A stretch of DNA of 64,000 bases from the NCBI GenBank assembly GCA_964016885.1, contig OZ024749.1, forward strand, positions 45,260,001-45,324,000, read 5' to 3'. Origin of the DNA: Eledone cirrhosa (taxonomy: Eukaryota). This document shows, in pieces, positions 16,228 through 32,382 of this stretch. Below the pieces are notes generated by a model. That model was not told the origin of the DNA and made no database searches. It saw only the letters and a program-made list of their open reading frames with translations. Position 1 is the first letter of the stretch. Each line of letters begins with the position of its first letter. A program made the translations under genes and the position numbers.

Positions 16228-16379
16228 AGCTAGTGACACTGGAAAACTAACCCGGTATAGACCGAGAAATGGTTAGCATTAGGAAAGGCAACCAATCATA
16301 CAAACCCTACCAAACTATGAGCCAGACAAAATCATCTTGCCTGACAAGCCAAAAAACATAAACCGTTTAACCAACGCAG

Positions 16380-16417
<38 letters not shown>

Positions 16418-16438
16418 TACACACACACATGCACACGC

Positions 16439-16506
<68 letters not shown>

Positions 16507-16702
16507 ACTCGAATAGAAGGTATATGTAATTGAAATGGCCATTCATACATTACATTAAACTAAATGCGATGCATTATATTAGATACAGCTGTGTCTGGAA
16601 TACTCAGCCACTTTAACGTAGTCCGTTCCAATGATCCAGCAACTGGGAAGGTTTATCTCTGGAACAGTTGCAAATCCATTATATTAATATATATATATAT
16701 AA

Positions 16703-16893
16703 GGGCGGTGGATTGGCAGTATCGTTAGAGAGTCGGACACCATGCTTTGAAACATAGAGTTACGTCCCTTTATGATCTGAGTTCAAATCCCGCCGAGGCT
16801 AACTTTGCCTTTCATCTTTACGGGGTCGATAAAATAAAGTACCAGTAATGTACTGGGTAATTGCTGGCCTTGTGCCTAATATAGAAACAATTA
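16703..16893 (+). mobile_element. SINE S1, full length, with TSD
   Basis: Starts GGGCGGTGGATTGGCAG; attatattaatatatatatatata on both sides. Confidence 0.92.
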
Positions 16894-17209
16894 TATTAAT
16901 ATATATATATATATATATATAAAAGAACCTAATGGATCTGCAACATTTCCAGGGATAAAACCGACACACACACACACACACACACCACACAACACACAGT
17001 TATTTTCTTTGAATACATATATTAATATTCAAAAATAGTCATAAGCATTATTTTATGGGCTCTAATTATTTTTTAGTTCATCAAATGAAGCTAGACATTG
17101 TCTACAAATACTTCATGTTTATTCAAAGAAATATACTGGTTTTAGCTTAGAGAGGTAAAACTACAATACTAATCATACGGGTTTTAAAAATTGTTTAATA
17201 ATACCATTG

Positions 17210-17254
<45 letters not shown>

Positions 17255-17409
17255 CATACCATTTCATGCAATATCATATCATTAGAATTACGGTTTTTGG
17301 TGCACATACATATATATTTTAATCTTAATTCTAATGTTGACGTTGTTTTTTTTATTTATGGGCTTACTTGTTGGCCATACACACACACAGACAGACACAC
17401 AGACAGACA

Positions 17410-17493
<84 letters not shown>

Positions 17494-17704
17494 ATGTTAT
17501 TGTTAATAAGGCAGCATATACAGATCATTTATTACTAAGTGGATGGAGGTTGGTTGTGGAAATACTGACTGGTCTAATCTAGTATCACCCGTTTTATGTT
17601 GAGTTCAAATTCTGCCATGGTCGTAATTATCCTTTTGATGATATTCGCCGTGTTAATAAATTGGGTATCAGGCATTTACACATGTATCAATCAATATACT
17701 AATA

Positions 17705-17741
<37 letters not shown>

Positions 17742-20635
17742 CTGTCCCTGTAAAATATGTGACCTCATTGTTGCCATACATCAATCACATCATTGTCAAT
17801 AAGCATACTCTCCTCCTACTACTGTTGACAATTTGTTGCACATTGCGCCCATATGATAAATTATTACTGAGAGAGTGGCATGCACTGCTGACCAGCCAAA
17901 TAGTAACCAAGGTCTCACTAAGCTGAGACCGTAACCTGGTTTCAATTCCAATTTGAAGGCATGCCACTTTATCTACAATAATATTGCTTTCATTTATGGA
18001 GTGTTTGTTGTGGTTAACGATGAGCCCGGACATCATAATGTCCAATATCTTCCTTCATCAAAATTAAAGGTTTGGAGTTTCTTTTCCCAATCAAAAGAAA
18101 CACATTTGTTTTGCTCGGAATGAGCTGTGTCAGTCATCATATATACATAATATATAAAGAATTAAGAACTCAGCATACTATGTCTGCAATTGAGTTTCTA
18201 TTTTCCCGTTGGAACAATTATGTTTAATTATTTTATAATATTAAAATTCTTTAATAAAAACACGGACATTACAGCTTCTTATCTTCCCTTCCTTTAATAA
18301 TAATGATAACAGAGTTAATGATAATAAGAGACTTTATAGAAATAATATGCGTACAGATGAAAAACAGGACAAATGATGTATCAATTTTAACTAAAGTTGT
18401 TCAGTGAGTTGTTAAAAGGAAACGAATCATTTTTCATTTTCACTCTCTAGGAATTCGGACATAGATATAATTGTTGATCAGTAGTCTGCTATCTTTACCT
18501 TCTATGTGTTTTGTAGTTCATTTAGCCGCTCTTCAGCCCTCATTAAGAACATTTTATGTATCCAACTTCTCTGGTTTATAGGCCTTTCTACATTTAATGA
18601 GACAATAAACTATTTCCAGTTTTAATTTCTAAATTCAAATTTCCTTGGGAGTTTGTTCAATCTTTCTTCAGAAGATCTATAGGTTTAGTAAGAACAAATA
18701 GCTTTAATACTCTGAGCTTCTATGTTTCAAAGTAAATTATATATTATACCTTGCAAACAATCATATTTCGCCAGTTTATTATTAATAAGAATAGCAATGA
18801 AGGGTATACTAACTTCATCTTACCCTAATTGGTGTGCTCGATAAGTTAAATACCAGGTGTTGATCTAAACGACAATGCGCCTCTTCAAATATGTGGGGTA
18901 GTGTCTATGTAAAGAAATAAAAATCTATGCCAAAGTACAAAATCAATTTTCATTCGTATAAAAACGACCACACAGTACAATATGTGCTAAATTTCGGTTG
19001 CACTATCTGCAATCTCTATTTTGATACACATCTGAATAGATTTCATTCCAGTTGACTTAATATATACAGAAGTGCATTAGGGTTGTATTATAGTTTTCAC
19101 CTGCCAATTTCCATATACAAACAAATATGTGATTTCGTAATAAACTCAGTTTTATACTTATGCTAGAAGAGCCCGGAAAATACGTTGCATTATTTATTTC
19201 GGGGCTTCAGGTTTTGAGTTCAAATCTCGCCCAATTCACTAAAATAAAATATCAGCCAAATATTTCCTCGAATTTTCCCTAAATGTTTTGTCTATTATCT
19301 TGCCTGAATTAGAAACTGTTATTATCAAGAGACAATGGAGAAAATTCTAGGACATCCTATTTATGATGTTATGTTATCATATTCTAATCAGCCTTCTCTT
19401 AATAACTCTATCCAGCATTATGTTGAACAGTAAACAATATTCAGGTAGTCGTCACGTGGCTTATATTGGCCGCCATATGTCCGTCATATGGTAATGAATA
19501 TGTTTTAACTATCCATGTGACATGCATTGGCTGGGATAGTTTAAAACTATATTTGCTTGTGATTCAATGCTTTGGGGGTTATTTATTTACATTGAAATAT
19601 CACTTATTGTAAATGTTAGTGATGTTTTGTAAAATAAGTAGGTTTGCAGAGAAGAGAATGCATTCCAGCAGATGGGGACACGGTCCTTGTTTGGGAAAGA
19701 AACCCAGCCCTTCATACATCCTCATTTGATTACGATCATACCTGATCTTACTAATATAATTAGCTGAGCAATAGTGACTTCCTTTGACTACAATTTAACA
19801 TACAAGCTATTTTGGTTGTGGCTTTATCAATATGGATTTGAGAAGAATATTGAATGTGTTGTATATCAGAGAAGCTGTGAGATGAAGAAGACTGTTTTGA
19901 CAGGTCATTTTGATCCCTTCAGCTGTATCTAAAAAAATTAGTAAGCTCAGAAAGTTAGTAAACTTCTGACTACAGTAGTCCCAACATGTTTCTGAATAGT
20001 TTGTTCAAACAAAGCACGATATTCTTTTCTTTATTTAATCAAATGATTAAAATCTAAATCTGTTATTTTTTTAATCCAAGCTATATCCAAACTTTTAAGT
20101 TTTTATGAATTATTTTCACTTCGTTGCAATTCAAAAATCTGAACCAAAATTTACACTGATAGGAATACATATATGGAAACAAGGTTAAAATCTCTAAAAT
20201 AAATTATTCTATGATTATAAAGCGTGAATTATATATTTAGAGAAAGAAAATATAAGACGTTGTAATGTCCATGCTCTTTTGAAAGATTTTTAAATTACAC
20301 AAGGTGTCTGTGACACTAATTTCAGAATTATTAAAACACATTCCGAGAAATAATAGATATGATATTTCATCCAAACCTCAAAGATAATATGATTGTTACC
20401 CATGTGATTTGAAAGGCAATATCGGCTATGGTTAATTTAGAACTCAAATTGCACAGGGATATAACTAATCTCAGCTGAACAATGTCACTACTAATATTAT
20501 ATATTTATCTAATTCTTCTTTAGTTATCAATATTCTTAGTAGAAACAGTATAGAAGTAACGGGCATCTTAGTCAACTTCCAGTACACAATGACTGGTATA
20601 CAAAACGCATTGAACACATGCCTGTTTGTGTACGA

Positions 20636-20707
<72 letters not shown>

Positions 20708-20809
20708 CTTACTCGCTAAATACAAATTAATATATATATATATATAATATATATAGTTTATATATATATATATAGTTTACACGCTAAATACAAATTAACA
20801 TACATACAT

Positions 20810-20862
<53 letters not shown>

Positions 20863-21223
20863 AAAACATATATGGGCAGCGTGTTACGTCTACGTTTCAG
20901 TATTTCATTCTTTAATCACTATAACATTTTCATATACTCATAGAACTCATATACTCCCGCCTATCTATTGAAGGCATATATTGCTATTTCCATGTTTAGA
21001 GTCAAAGCTATGTAAAACATCTTTCACATGTGGTCAGTGCCAACAAGATTAGTCACACCTCCATTCCCCGGATGTCTAAGTTCACATTTCATACATTATC
21101 TCTATTATTTTATCACCTGACTCTAATCCTAAAAAAATCTCCAGTGACTTTGACACACCTGGGGAAGAGGACAAAACTACAAGTAAATAAATATCTTAAA
21201 TATTTCAGCATGGAATTAAGAAC

Positions 21224-21283
<60 letters not shown>

Positions 21284-21829
21284 ATCTGAATAAGAAAATT
21301 GACACATACAAATAAATAACAACAAATAAAATTAAATTAATGGTCTTGCACTGGAATGGTTGCATTTGAATAAAATTCCCATTTATTTTTTGTTCTTCTA
21401 TCTTGTTTATTATTTTTTCTTATTTTATTTGAAATGAAGTTGATCCACGGTTGTGTGTGATTTTTTTTTTTTTTTTTTTTTTTCAAAATTATTTGATCCA
21501 AGTTTATAATCATCCCTCTTATCAATATTCCAGTTGACTGATAACAAATAGCCATAAAACATAATAGAAAAGAAACATTTATCTTTATATATAATCAATG
21601 CATTACTTAATTCATATTAATTTCTGATCCTATTTTAATTTATTTTTGATACAGAAGTTTAATTCTGTTCAGTTAAGTTGATTCAAAATTAATTTCGTTT
21701 TCCAAGTAAAATAGGCAGGAATAAAGGATATAGAACATAATATTTAATGATATAAAGCATATTTCTTATCATTGTTTATATCGCCAACTGAAATATTTAT
21801 ATGGTAAATGAAGTTATTTATATCAGACA

Positions 21830-21881
<52 letters not shown>

Positions 21882-22138
21882 TGTTTACCTGTAACTACCT
21901 TTGGGTAATTCTGTTTTTTGTTTTTCTTTTTGTCGTGGATATTCCTATTTGATTTAAAAATAACGTACTATGAATATATACATATACTCTTTTATGCCGT
22001 ATTTTCGAAATATTAGATGCACCATTAATTTGAAGTAAAAAAAAATTGGGACAATATAAAAGATTTTGTTTGAAGGACATATATATATATATATATATAA
22101 AATGTATATGGGCATCATTGTAAACCCTTATTAATATC

Positions 22139-22177
<39 letters not shown>

Positions 22178-22898
22178 CATTATTTTGGTGTATAGGCTTA
22201 AATCTGTGCATCTTATAAACTGCAACACACGGCTTTTCTTTGAAATGTATTTGTTTTAATAGTTTCTAGTGTGAAAGACATTACTACATATAAAATTGAT
22301 AAAAGTAAATGCATTTCCATCGCAATTGACGATGAGTATTGGCAGTTATTTTATCAACTGAAATGCTAACATGACACTGACTCACACACTGTATATCTAT
22401 GGCGTGTGATCCTGCGTATCTGAGTAAAATATTTCAAGTACCGTTGCTCGAGTACACACTGTGACTGCGGGTGAAACGTGCGATGATCTGGCATCTTATA
22501 CAGGGTATGTGGTCTTGTAATCTGTCGCGTAATGCCGATGGAAAATGAAACCGGAATAGTCAACGGCATGATGGCTTGGGACAGACCAACCTTTTTTACC
22601 TTTGGCTAATTTTCTTACAGGGTATATGAATCGGTAAACCATTTAAATAGCATAATTTTAGAAATAAATATTAATATATTTCTACATCCTAAATTGAATA
22701 TATTAAAAACTCCATTTCTCGAAGTTTCTCAAATTTTATTTCTAATTACAGTAATATTTCCCTTTCACAATTACTATTCACTAAACTGTAAACTCGGGAT
22801 ACATTATTTTTTATTCAATAAATAAGTATTTATATATCATTTAAATAATTCATCTAGATCTATCCACGCTGAAAGGAAATTATATATATATGTATATA

Positions 22899-22940
<42 letters not shown>

Positions 22941-23326
22941 AATAACATGTTGTATAATATATTAAATAATATTGCCAAACATTATATTTCAGAATTGATA
23001 ACAATGAATTATTTTCCCCTGTAGATCTTTTGAACGACTTCAAAAAAGTAAATATATATATTTAAAAAAAGTACAAACGAAAACATAACAAAGAGCCTAA
23101 AGATCTTCAGATATGCTCGGAGCTATATTTACGGAAACACAAAAACCATCAACACAAAACAAGGCACTGCATTAACTTCTCGATTTGAAAGGATCTGCGC
23201 GAAAAGTTTATTTCTTCGAACCAAAAGTTATTTCTCTCGGTAATGGATATTTCTCTTCTCTCACAGCAACTAACCTAGGTGAGCAATCTTCCTATGATGC
23301 GATAGGTTAAATATATATATATATAA

Positions 23327-23390
<64 letters not shown>

Positions 23391-23508
23391 GTATATATAC
23401 ACATATACACATACATATGTACATTCATATATACATACAAATACACACATATATGTATATATACATATACACATACATATGTACATACATATATACATAC
23501 ACATACAC

Positions 23509-23550
<42 letters not shown>

Positions 23551-24534
23551 AAATACGTATATACATATATATAAGATTATATCTATATATATATATATAT
23601 ATATATAATTCTGCTAATATGTTTAACTATCATCACCCTTTTTTTAAATCTTGGACTCTACACTTAAATTAAAACAAACAGACAAACAAAATTGATTGAA
23701 TTAAAAAGTAATATAACAGACTAAACATAATATCAAAACAAAGAAAAAAAAGAAAATAACAAAGGATAAAAAATTGAAACTATTTTCACAATTTATGATA
23801 TTGAGTTCGTACATTTGTTATTCAAACTATTTTTTTCCTCTCATGTTTATATTGTATTATATCAAATTGTAAAACAAACCTTGTAACACATCTCACATTG
23901 ATTTTTCCCTGTTTTTAGTAAATGTTTTAAATAAGTTGAAATTTGATGGATTTTTATTTTAATTTCTTTCTATATGTTTTGTTTTGTCTTTATTCTTAAT
24001 GTTATTACGATTACATTTTTTCATCTTTTATTGTTTTAAAAGACATGCTTATTTATTACTAAAATACTATTTCGACAAGGATAATTGGTACGGATTTAGG
24101 TAATACTAGGTGTGAGTGAAGGACAGATATATGTGGTTAATTTCTTTGAAATTATACAGGATTATGTTTCAGGTAGGCCCGGAAATATAAATTTACCATA
24201 ATATGCGAACACATATAAACAAGTTTAACAGTCCTACACCAATAAAACGACAGTAACTAAAGTCTTCCAACGAGAAAACATTTAAAACTTTCAGTATCTA
24301 TTTTTTTAGTATTTATTTAGACTGTTGTTACTTTATTTTGTTCTTTCTCTGTCAAGGAAATAACACTGAAAATCTCAGGGTTGCTGAGTACTCTACAATT
24401 ACTGGAATAATTACCTCCTCTCCCAGTTTTATCGCTGTGTATATTGGCGCTACTATTAAGGACAAGCAAGGTTTCCTGCACTTAAAACAAAACATTATAA
24501 AAAAGCAAAAACCGATAGCAATTGTCGTTAGCAT

Positions 24535-24569
<35 letters not shown>

Positions 24570-24817
24570 CAGGATAAACAAATAATATTGATATTATCCT
24601 TATAAACTTTATACCTTTCGATTGAATTCATTTCGAAATATAAGGAAATTTAGATTTATTAAAAATATTTAAAGAATGGTTATTTAAGAATTAATAATGT
24701 TATAGAAGGTAACATATATGCACACGTAAATCTAGGGGAAACAAATCTATTTTATACGGCCTGTTTATGCACTATGGAGACAAAAGTAGCAAATATTCGC
24801 TATGTGAAGAAACAAAT

Positions 24818-24925
24818 AATAATTGTTTCTACTTATGGCAAAAGGCCAGCAATTACCCAGTCCATTACTGGTACTTTATTTTATCGACCCCGTAAGGATG
24901 AAAGGCAAAGTTGACCTCGGCGGGA
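24818..24925 (-). mobile_element. SINE S1, 5'-truncated
   Basis: Reverse complement of the S1 3' half; AAATAATAAT on both flanks. Confidence 0.88.
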
Positions 24926-25056
24926 AATAATAATATAGACTAAGACGTAGAGGTAGACAGAAAGAGAAAAAATAACTAGATCATTTTATTTACTGATTGT
25001 ATCGTATTCAAATGTGAGTAGTTATTAGTGATAGTATGGACGTCTTCGAAATATGG

Positions 25057-25112
<56 letters not shown>

Positions 25113-25116
25113 TCTG

Positions 25117-25175
<59 letters not shown>

Positions 25176-25452
25176 GATACACTTTACACAGAACGGCATG
25201 CTACAGCTAATATTTACACATTGTATGTGTGCGTGTGTGTTGCGGAGAGGCTGATTAATTAGAAACTTCTAATTGCGACGTGACAACTTTCTGAAATGGG
25301 GTGGACAAAATATTATCACGCTAGTATATAAACCGATTGTCTTTGGGGTAAATAAACTTTAGAAACGCAGAGAGCATTGTGTATGAAAATGAAACGCTAT
25401 ATGTAAGGGAGGTGCACATACGGATCCATCAGGGGTCAAGAAAAAACGATAT

Positions 25453-25454
<2 letters not shown>

Positions 25455-25485
<31 letters not shown>

Positions 25486-25539
25486 ATATATATATATATA
25501 CATGGATATATATATATATATATATATGGATATATATAT

Positions 25540-25576
<37 letters not shown>

Positions 25577-25701
25577 TATATATATGGATATATATATGGA
25601 AATATATATATATGGATATATATATGGATATATATATATGGATATAAATATATATATATATGGATATAAATATATATATATATGGATATATATATATATA
25701 T

Positions 25702-25735
<34 letters not shown>

Positions 25736-26055
25736 ATATATATATATATATAAGGATATATATATATATCCATATATATATATATATATCCATAGATATA
25801 TATATATATCCATATATATATATATATATCCATAGATATATATATATATCCATATATATATATATATATCCATATATATATATATATCCATATATATATA
25901 TATATGTTGTTATACTTTGGGAGGGTCATGTATATGGATATATATATATCGATATATATATATATGGATATATATATATATCTATGGATATATATATATA
26001 TATATATATGGATATATATATATATATATATATATATGGATATATATATATATAT

Positions 26056-26091
<36 letters not shown>

Positions 26092-26113
26092 ATATACATG
26101 GATATATATATAT

Positions 26114-26157
<44 letters not shown>

Positions 26158-26195
26158 ATATATATATATATATATATGGATATATATATATATGG

Positions 26196-26227
<32 letters not shown>

Positions 26228-26915
26228 GGATATATATATATGGATATATATATATATGGATATATATATATATATGGATATATATAGAAATGGATATATA
26301 TATATATATGGATAAATATATATGGATATATATATATATATATAATATATGGATATATATATAATATATGGATATATATATATATATAATATATGGATAT
26401 ATATATATATATATAATATATGGATATATATATATAATATATGGATATATATATATATATATGGATATATATATATATATATGGATATATATATATATGG
26501 ATATATATTGATATAGATATATATATGGATACATGTATATATATATATGCTTTTGTTTGTATCTGTTGCGGGGAAAATAACTGTGCGCGTGCTATACAAA
26601 TTATAGCATATATTGTATGAATGATACTACACAATAATTATAATTATTATTATTAGTATAATTATTATACATATATATACATATGTATATATTTATATAT
26701 AGTAATAATAATACATTTGAAAACTAAAATCAAAAAAGGGCTCGATAAGGGTAAATATATATCAACTATATAAGAACCGTAGAGCAAATATTATTTAAAT
26801 AACAGATTAAATTTTAAGCAAAGAACCGCTGTTTTCACTCTTAACGGGATCTTCTGAAGGGTGAAAGCAGCGATTCTTTGCTCTACTTCTATCTATTATT
26901 TTAATAAATATATAT

Positions 26916-26981
<66 letters not shown>

Positions 26982-27185
26982 GCATACATATATATATGTA
27001 TATATGCATACATGTATATATATTATATGAATACATGTATATATATATATATATGGATGCATGCACATATATATATATGGATACATGCATATATATATAT
27101 ATATGAATACATGTATATATATATATATATATATGGATACATGCATATATATATATATGAATACATGTGTATATATATAAATACA

Positions 27186-27246
<61 letters not shown>

Positions 27247-27337
27247 ATACAAGCATATATATATATATGGATACAAGTATATATATATATATATATATAT
27301 ATATGGATTCATGTATATATATATATATTGATACAAG

Positions 27338-27390
<53 letters not shown>

Positions 27391-27561
27391 GGATACAAGT
27401 ATATGTATATATATATATGCATGCATATATATATATATGCACATATGTATATATAAATGCATATATACATACTTTTACTTATGCACATATGCATTTAAAT
27501 GCATATATACACACATGTATATATGCATACATACACATGTATACATATAAATATATCTGCC

Positions 27562-27644
<83 letters not shown>

Positions 27645-27817
27645 ATATATGAGTATATATATATTAACGAATTCAATTGAAAAAATTGGATCCATATCTA
27701 TATCATTTATAAAATTTACTGAATCGTATATGTGTCGGCCTTAAGGTTATGCCTATTTTCATATACATATATATATATATGTGTCTATATAGATAATATT
27801 TATAGATTATATATGTA

Positions 27818-27903
<86 letters not shown>

Positions 27904-27958
27904 TATATGTATATACGACCTACCATACATCTTACTTATATATATATATGTATATATG

Positions 27959-28042
<84 letters not shown>

Positions 28043-28143
28043 TGTATATATATATATATATATATACTCATATATGTATGTATATATATACACATATATG
28101 TATATATATATACACATATATGTATATATATATATATATACAC

Positions 28144-28213
<70 letters not shown>

Positions 28214-28414
28214 CTCATATATGTATATGTAGATAAATCTACCAAGAGTTTAAATAATGAACTTTTTTTGTTTAATATAAGGAACTGTTTCATTGTTTTA
28301 TTCATTATTTTTTAAATATTTTACATGTATATATATATATATACACACATATATATGTCTATATATATGATATATATATATACATATAAAAAAAAATGTA
28401 TGAATATGTAGATG

Positions 28415-28493
<79 letters not shown>

Positions 28494-28607
28494 TGTATCT
28501 GGTTGTGGGAAAATAACCGTGCGCGTGCAATACAAATTATAGCATATATTGTATGAATGACACTACCCAATAATTATCATTATTATTATTATTATCATTA
28601 TTATATA

Positions 28608-28630
<23 letters not shown>
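25455..28630. repeat. Compound (TA)n satellite with GGA/TCC and CATG interruptions and short unique islands
   Basis: Direct reading. Confidence 0.9.
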
Positions 28631-28643
<13 letters not shown>

Positions 28644-28824
28644 ATAAGAACAGACTTCTATAAGTCAAGAAATGTACTTTTCATCAAGAAAGAAACAATT
28701 CCATTACTGTAGAAATAATGGGTATATTAAATAATATTTTTTATAATCTACTCGTTTATAGGGTATAATATAAAATGTTGTTACACCCGGTAACCAGGAC
28801 ATACCTGCACACACACACACACAC

Positions 28825-28942
<118 letters not shown>

Positions 28943-29057
28943 GTCCGGCTAGTTATGTTTACGTTTAGCCTTTGAAAATAGTTGGTATGTTTCAGATATA
29001 GACTTTTAATAATGATGTTAATGATAATGATAAAATAATTATAATGATAATATAAAA

Positions 29058-29122
<65 letters not shown>

Positions 29123-29339
29123 GGATGTGTGCTTGTGTGTGTATAGTGTGTACACATATACACAAACGCTATCCATATATATATATATATATAACATGCA
29201 TACATACACTCACATATATATATATATATGTATACATACATATATATATATATATAACATACATATAAATGTGTATACATATATATAACATACATACGTA
29301 GACACACACACACACATATATATAATATAATATATATAC

Positions 29340-29370
<31 letters not shown>

Positions 29371-29415
29371 CGTGCGCTATATATAACATACATATTTATA
29401 ATTATATGTACACAC

Positions 29416-29469
<54 letters not shown>

Positions 29470-29787
29470 GTGTGTGTGTGTGTGAGTGTGTGTGTACAGA
29501 TAGATTCGCACATTTCAAATCTTTCGACAGGTGAGTTAGTCTTTCCAGATTAAATATCCGACAGATACGGTTTGCATTATTTCAATCTGGTTATACTAAG
29601 TAGTAATTTAGTATTTTATTGTTAATTAGTAAGCGATAGCTTATATTTACCGAGCAGATGTTAGTAGACATGGATTATTAGTAGAGACTGAGTGGGTGGT
29701 GGTGATGTTATTGTTGATGGTCGCAGTAGAGATAGGATGTAATAACTATGAAATATACAGACTAAGCATAAGTTTACTGATAAATAC

Positions 29788-29790
29788 GGA

Positions 29791-29837
<47 letters not shown>

Positions 29838-30266
29838 ACACACACAAATACACACATACACACACACACAAACACACACACAAACACACACACATACACA
29901 AGCACACACAAATACACACACACACACACACATATACACATACACACACATCCACTCACACAGACACACACACATACAAATACACACACACACAAACACA
30001 CACATACACACACACAAACACACATACACACATACACACATACACACATACACACATACACACACACAGACACACACACATACACGCACACAAACACACA
30101 CACACATACACACATACACACACTCACACACACACATACACGCACACAAACACACAGACAGACACACGCACATAAACGCACACAAACACACACACACAGA
30201 CACACACTCACACACACACATACACGCACACAAACACACACACAGACACACACTCACACACACACA
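29788..30266 (+). repeat. Degenerate (CA)n tract; another (CA)n at 28808-28925
   Basis: Direct reading. Confidence 0.95.
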
Positions 30267-30445
30267 AATGTTTAAAATAAAAGCTTAGAAAATCCTCTAA
30301 AATGTACATATATTCAAAAACGGTATATAGAACACTGCTTCAATAATTTATAAAACTCTGATTGTTATATATATGTATATACACAATTATATGAATACAT
30401 GTATACGCACACACATACTCCCTCCTCGCTCATATATATAGTAAT

Positions 30446-30539
30446 AATAATTGTTTCTACTTTTGGCACAGGGCCAGCAATTACCCAGTACATTACTGGT
30501 ACTTTATTTTATCGACCCCGTAAGATTGAAAGGCAAAGT
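30446..30539 (-). mobile_element. SINE S1, 5'-truncated, 14-bp TSD
   Basis: ATAGTAATAATAAT at 30438-30451 and 30541-30554. Confidence 0.88.
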
Positions 30540-30668
30540 GATAGTAATAATAATAAATGTAAAAACTAAATCCAAAGAGGGGTCGATAAGGATAAATATA
30601 TATCAAATATATTATTGCTTAAAATTTAATCTGTTATTTTAACAAACATCACACACACGCACACATAA

Positions 30669-30689
<21 letters not shown>

Positions 30690-30758
<69 letters not shown>

Positions 30759-30918
30759 TTATATGTATGTACATGTATATATGCATATATATATATATAT
30801 ATTCATATATGTAGGTTAATGTATATATATACACATACATATATGTTAATGTATATATATATATATATACATAAATGTATGTTAATGTATATATATATAC
30901 ATACATGTGCATACATAT

Positions 30919-30961
<43 letters not shown>

Positions 30962-31050
30962 TGCATATAAATATATATACATACATCTATATATATACAT
31001 GTATATATATGTATATATACATGTATATATATATATATATACATGTATAT

Positions 31051-31091
<41 letters not shown>

Positions 31092-31249
31092 CATGTATAT
31101 TCAAATATACATATATACATATATATATATATACATATATAATGTTATGTATATATATATATATATATACATACATGTATATTCAAATATACATATATAC
31201 ATATATATATATATACATATATAATGTTTTGAACAGTTCTTTGATTCAT

Positions 31250-31281
<32 letters not shown>

Positions 31282-31496
31282 CTTACATGTATATTCAAAT
31301 ATACATACATATATATATACATATATGCATCAACATATATACTTATATGCATGTATGCACTTATATATATTTATATACATACATATAAACATAGCTACAT
31401 ACACTGTTGGAACTGCAAGATCCCAGCCTTTGGTTCCCGACGCTTTATAATATAACTTAATAACTCTATAATAACTCCACTGTACATATATATGCG

Positions 31497-31536
<40 letters not shown>

Positions 31537-31555
31537 GATGTATAAGTTTATACAT

Positions 31556-31588
<33 letters not shown>

Positions 31589-31796
31589 CATATATATCTG
31601 TGTGTGTATGTATATATGCATATAAATATATATATACATCTATGCATATATATATATGTATATGGATATATATATATACATATATGTATATATACATATA
31701 TGGATATGCATATATATACATATATGTAAATATAGATATATGCATATATATACATATATGTATATACACATATATGCCTATATATATACACATATA

Positions 31797-31836
<40 letters not shown>

Positions 31837-32050
31837 TGTATATATACATATATGTATATATATATACATATATGTATATATACATATATGTATATATATA
31901 TGTATATATATATATGTATATATACCTATATGTATATATATATATGCATATATATATATACATGTATATATGAATATATATATATATGTATATATGCATA
32001 TATATTTATATGAATATATATATATATATATGTATATATGCATATATATT

Positions 32051-32081
<31 letters not shown>

Positions 32082-32088
32082 GCATATA

Positions 32089-32124
<36 letters not shown>

Positions 32125-32179
32125 TATATATTTATATATGCATATATATTTATATATTTATATATATATGCATATATGA

Positions 32180-32214
<35 letters not shown>

Positions 32215-32272
32215 CACATATATTTATATATGAATATAAATATATATATATATACATATAAGTAAATATGCT

Positions 32273-32306
<34 letters not shown>

Positions 32307-32340
32307 CGTATTTATGCATATATATATATATGTATGTATA

Positions 32341-32379
<39 letters not shown>
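30690..32379. repeat. Interrupted (TA)n/(TACA)n tract
   Basis: Direct reading. Confidence 0.9.
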
Positions 32380-32382
<3 letters not shown>

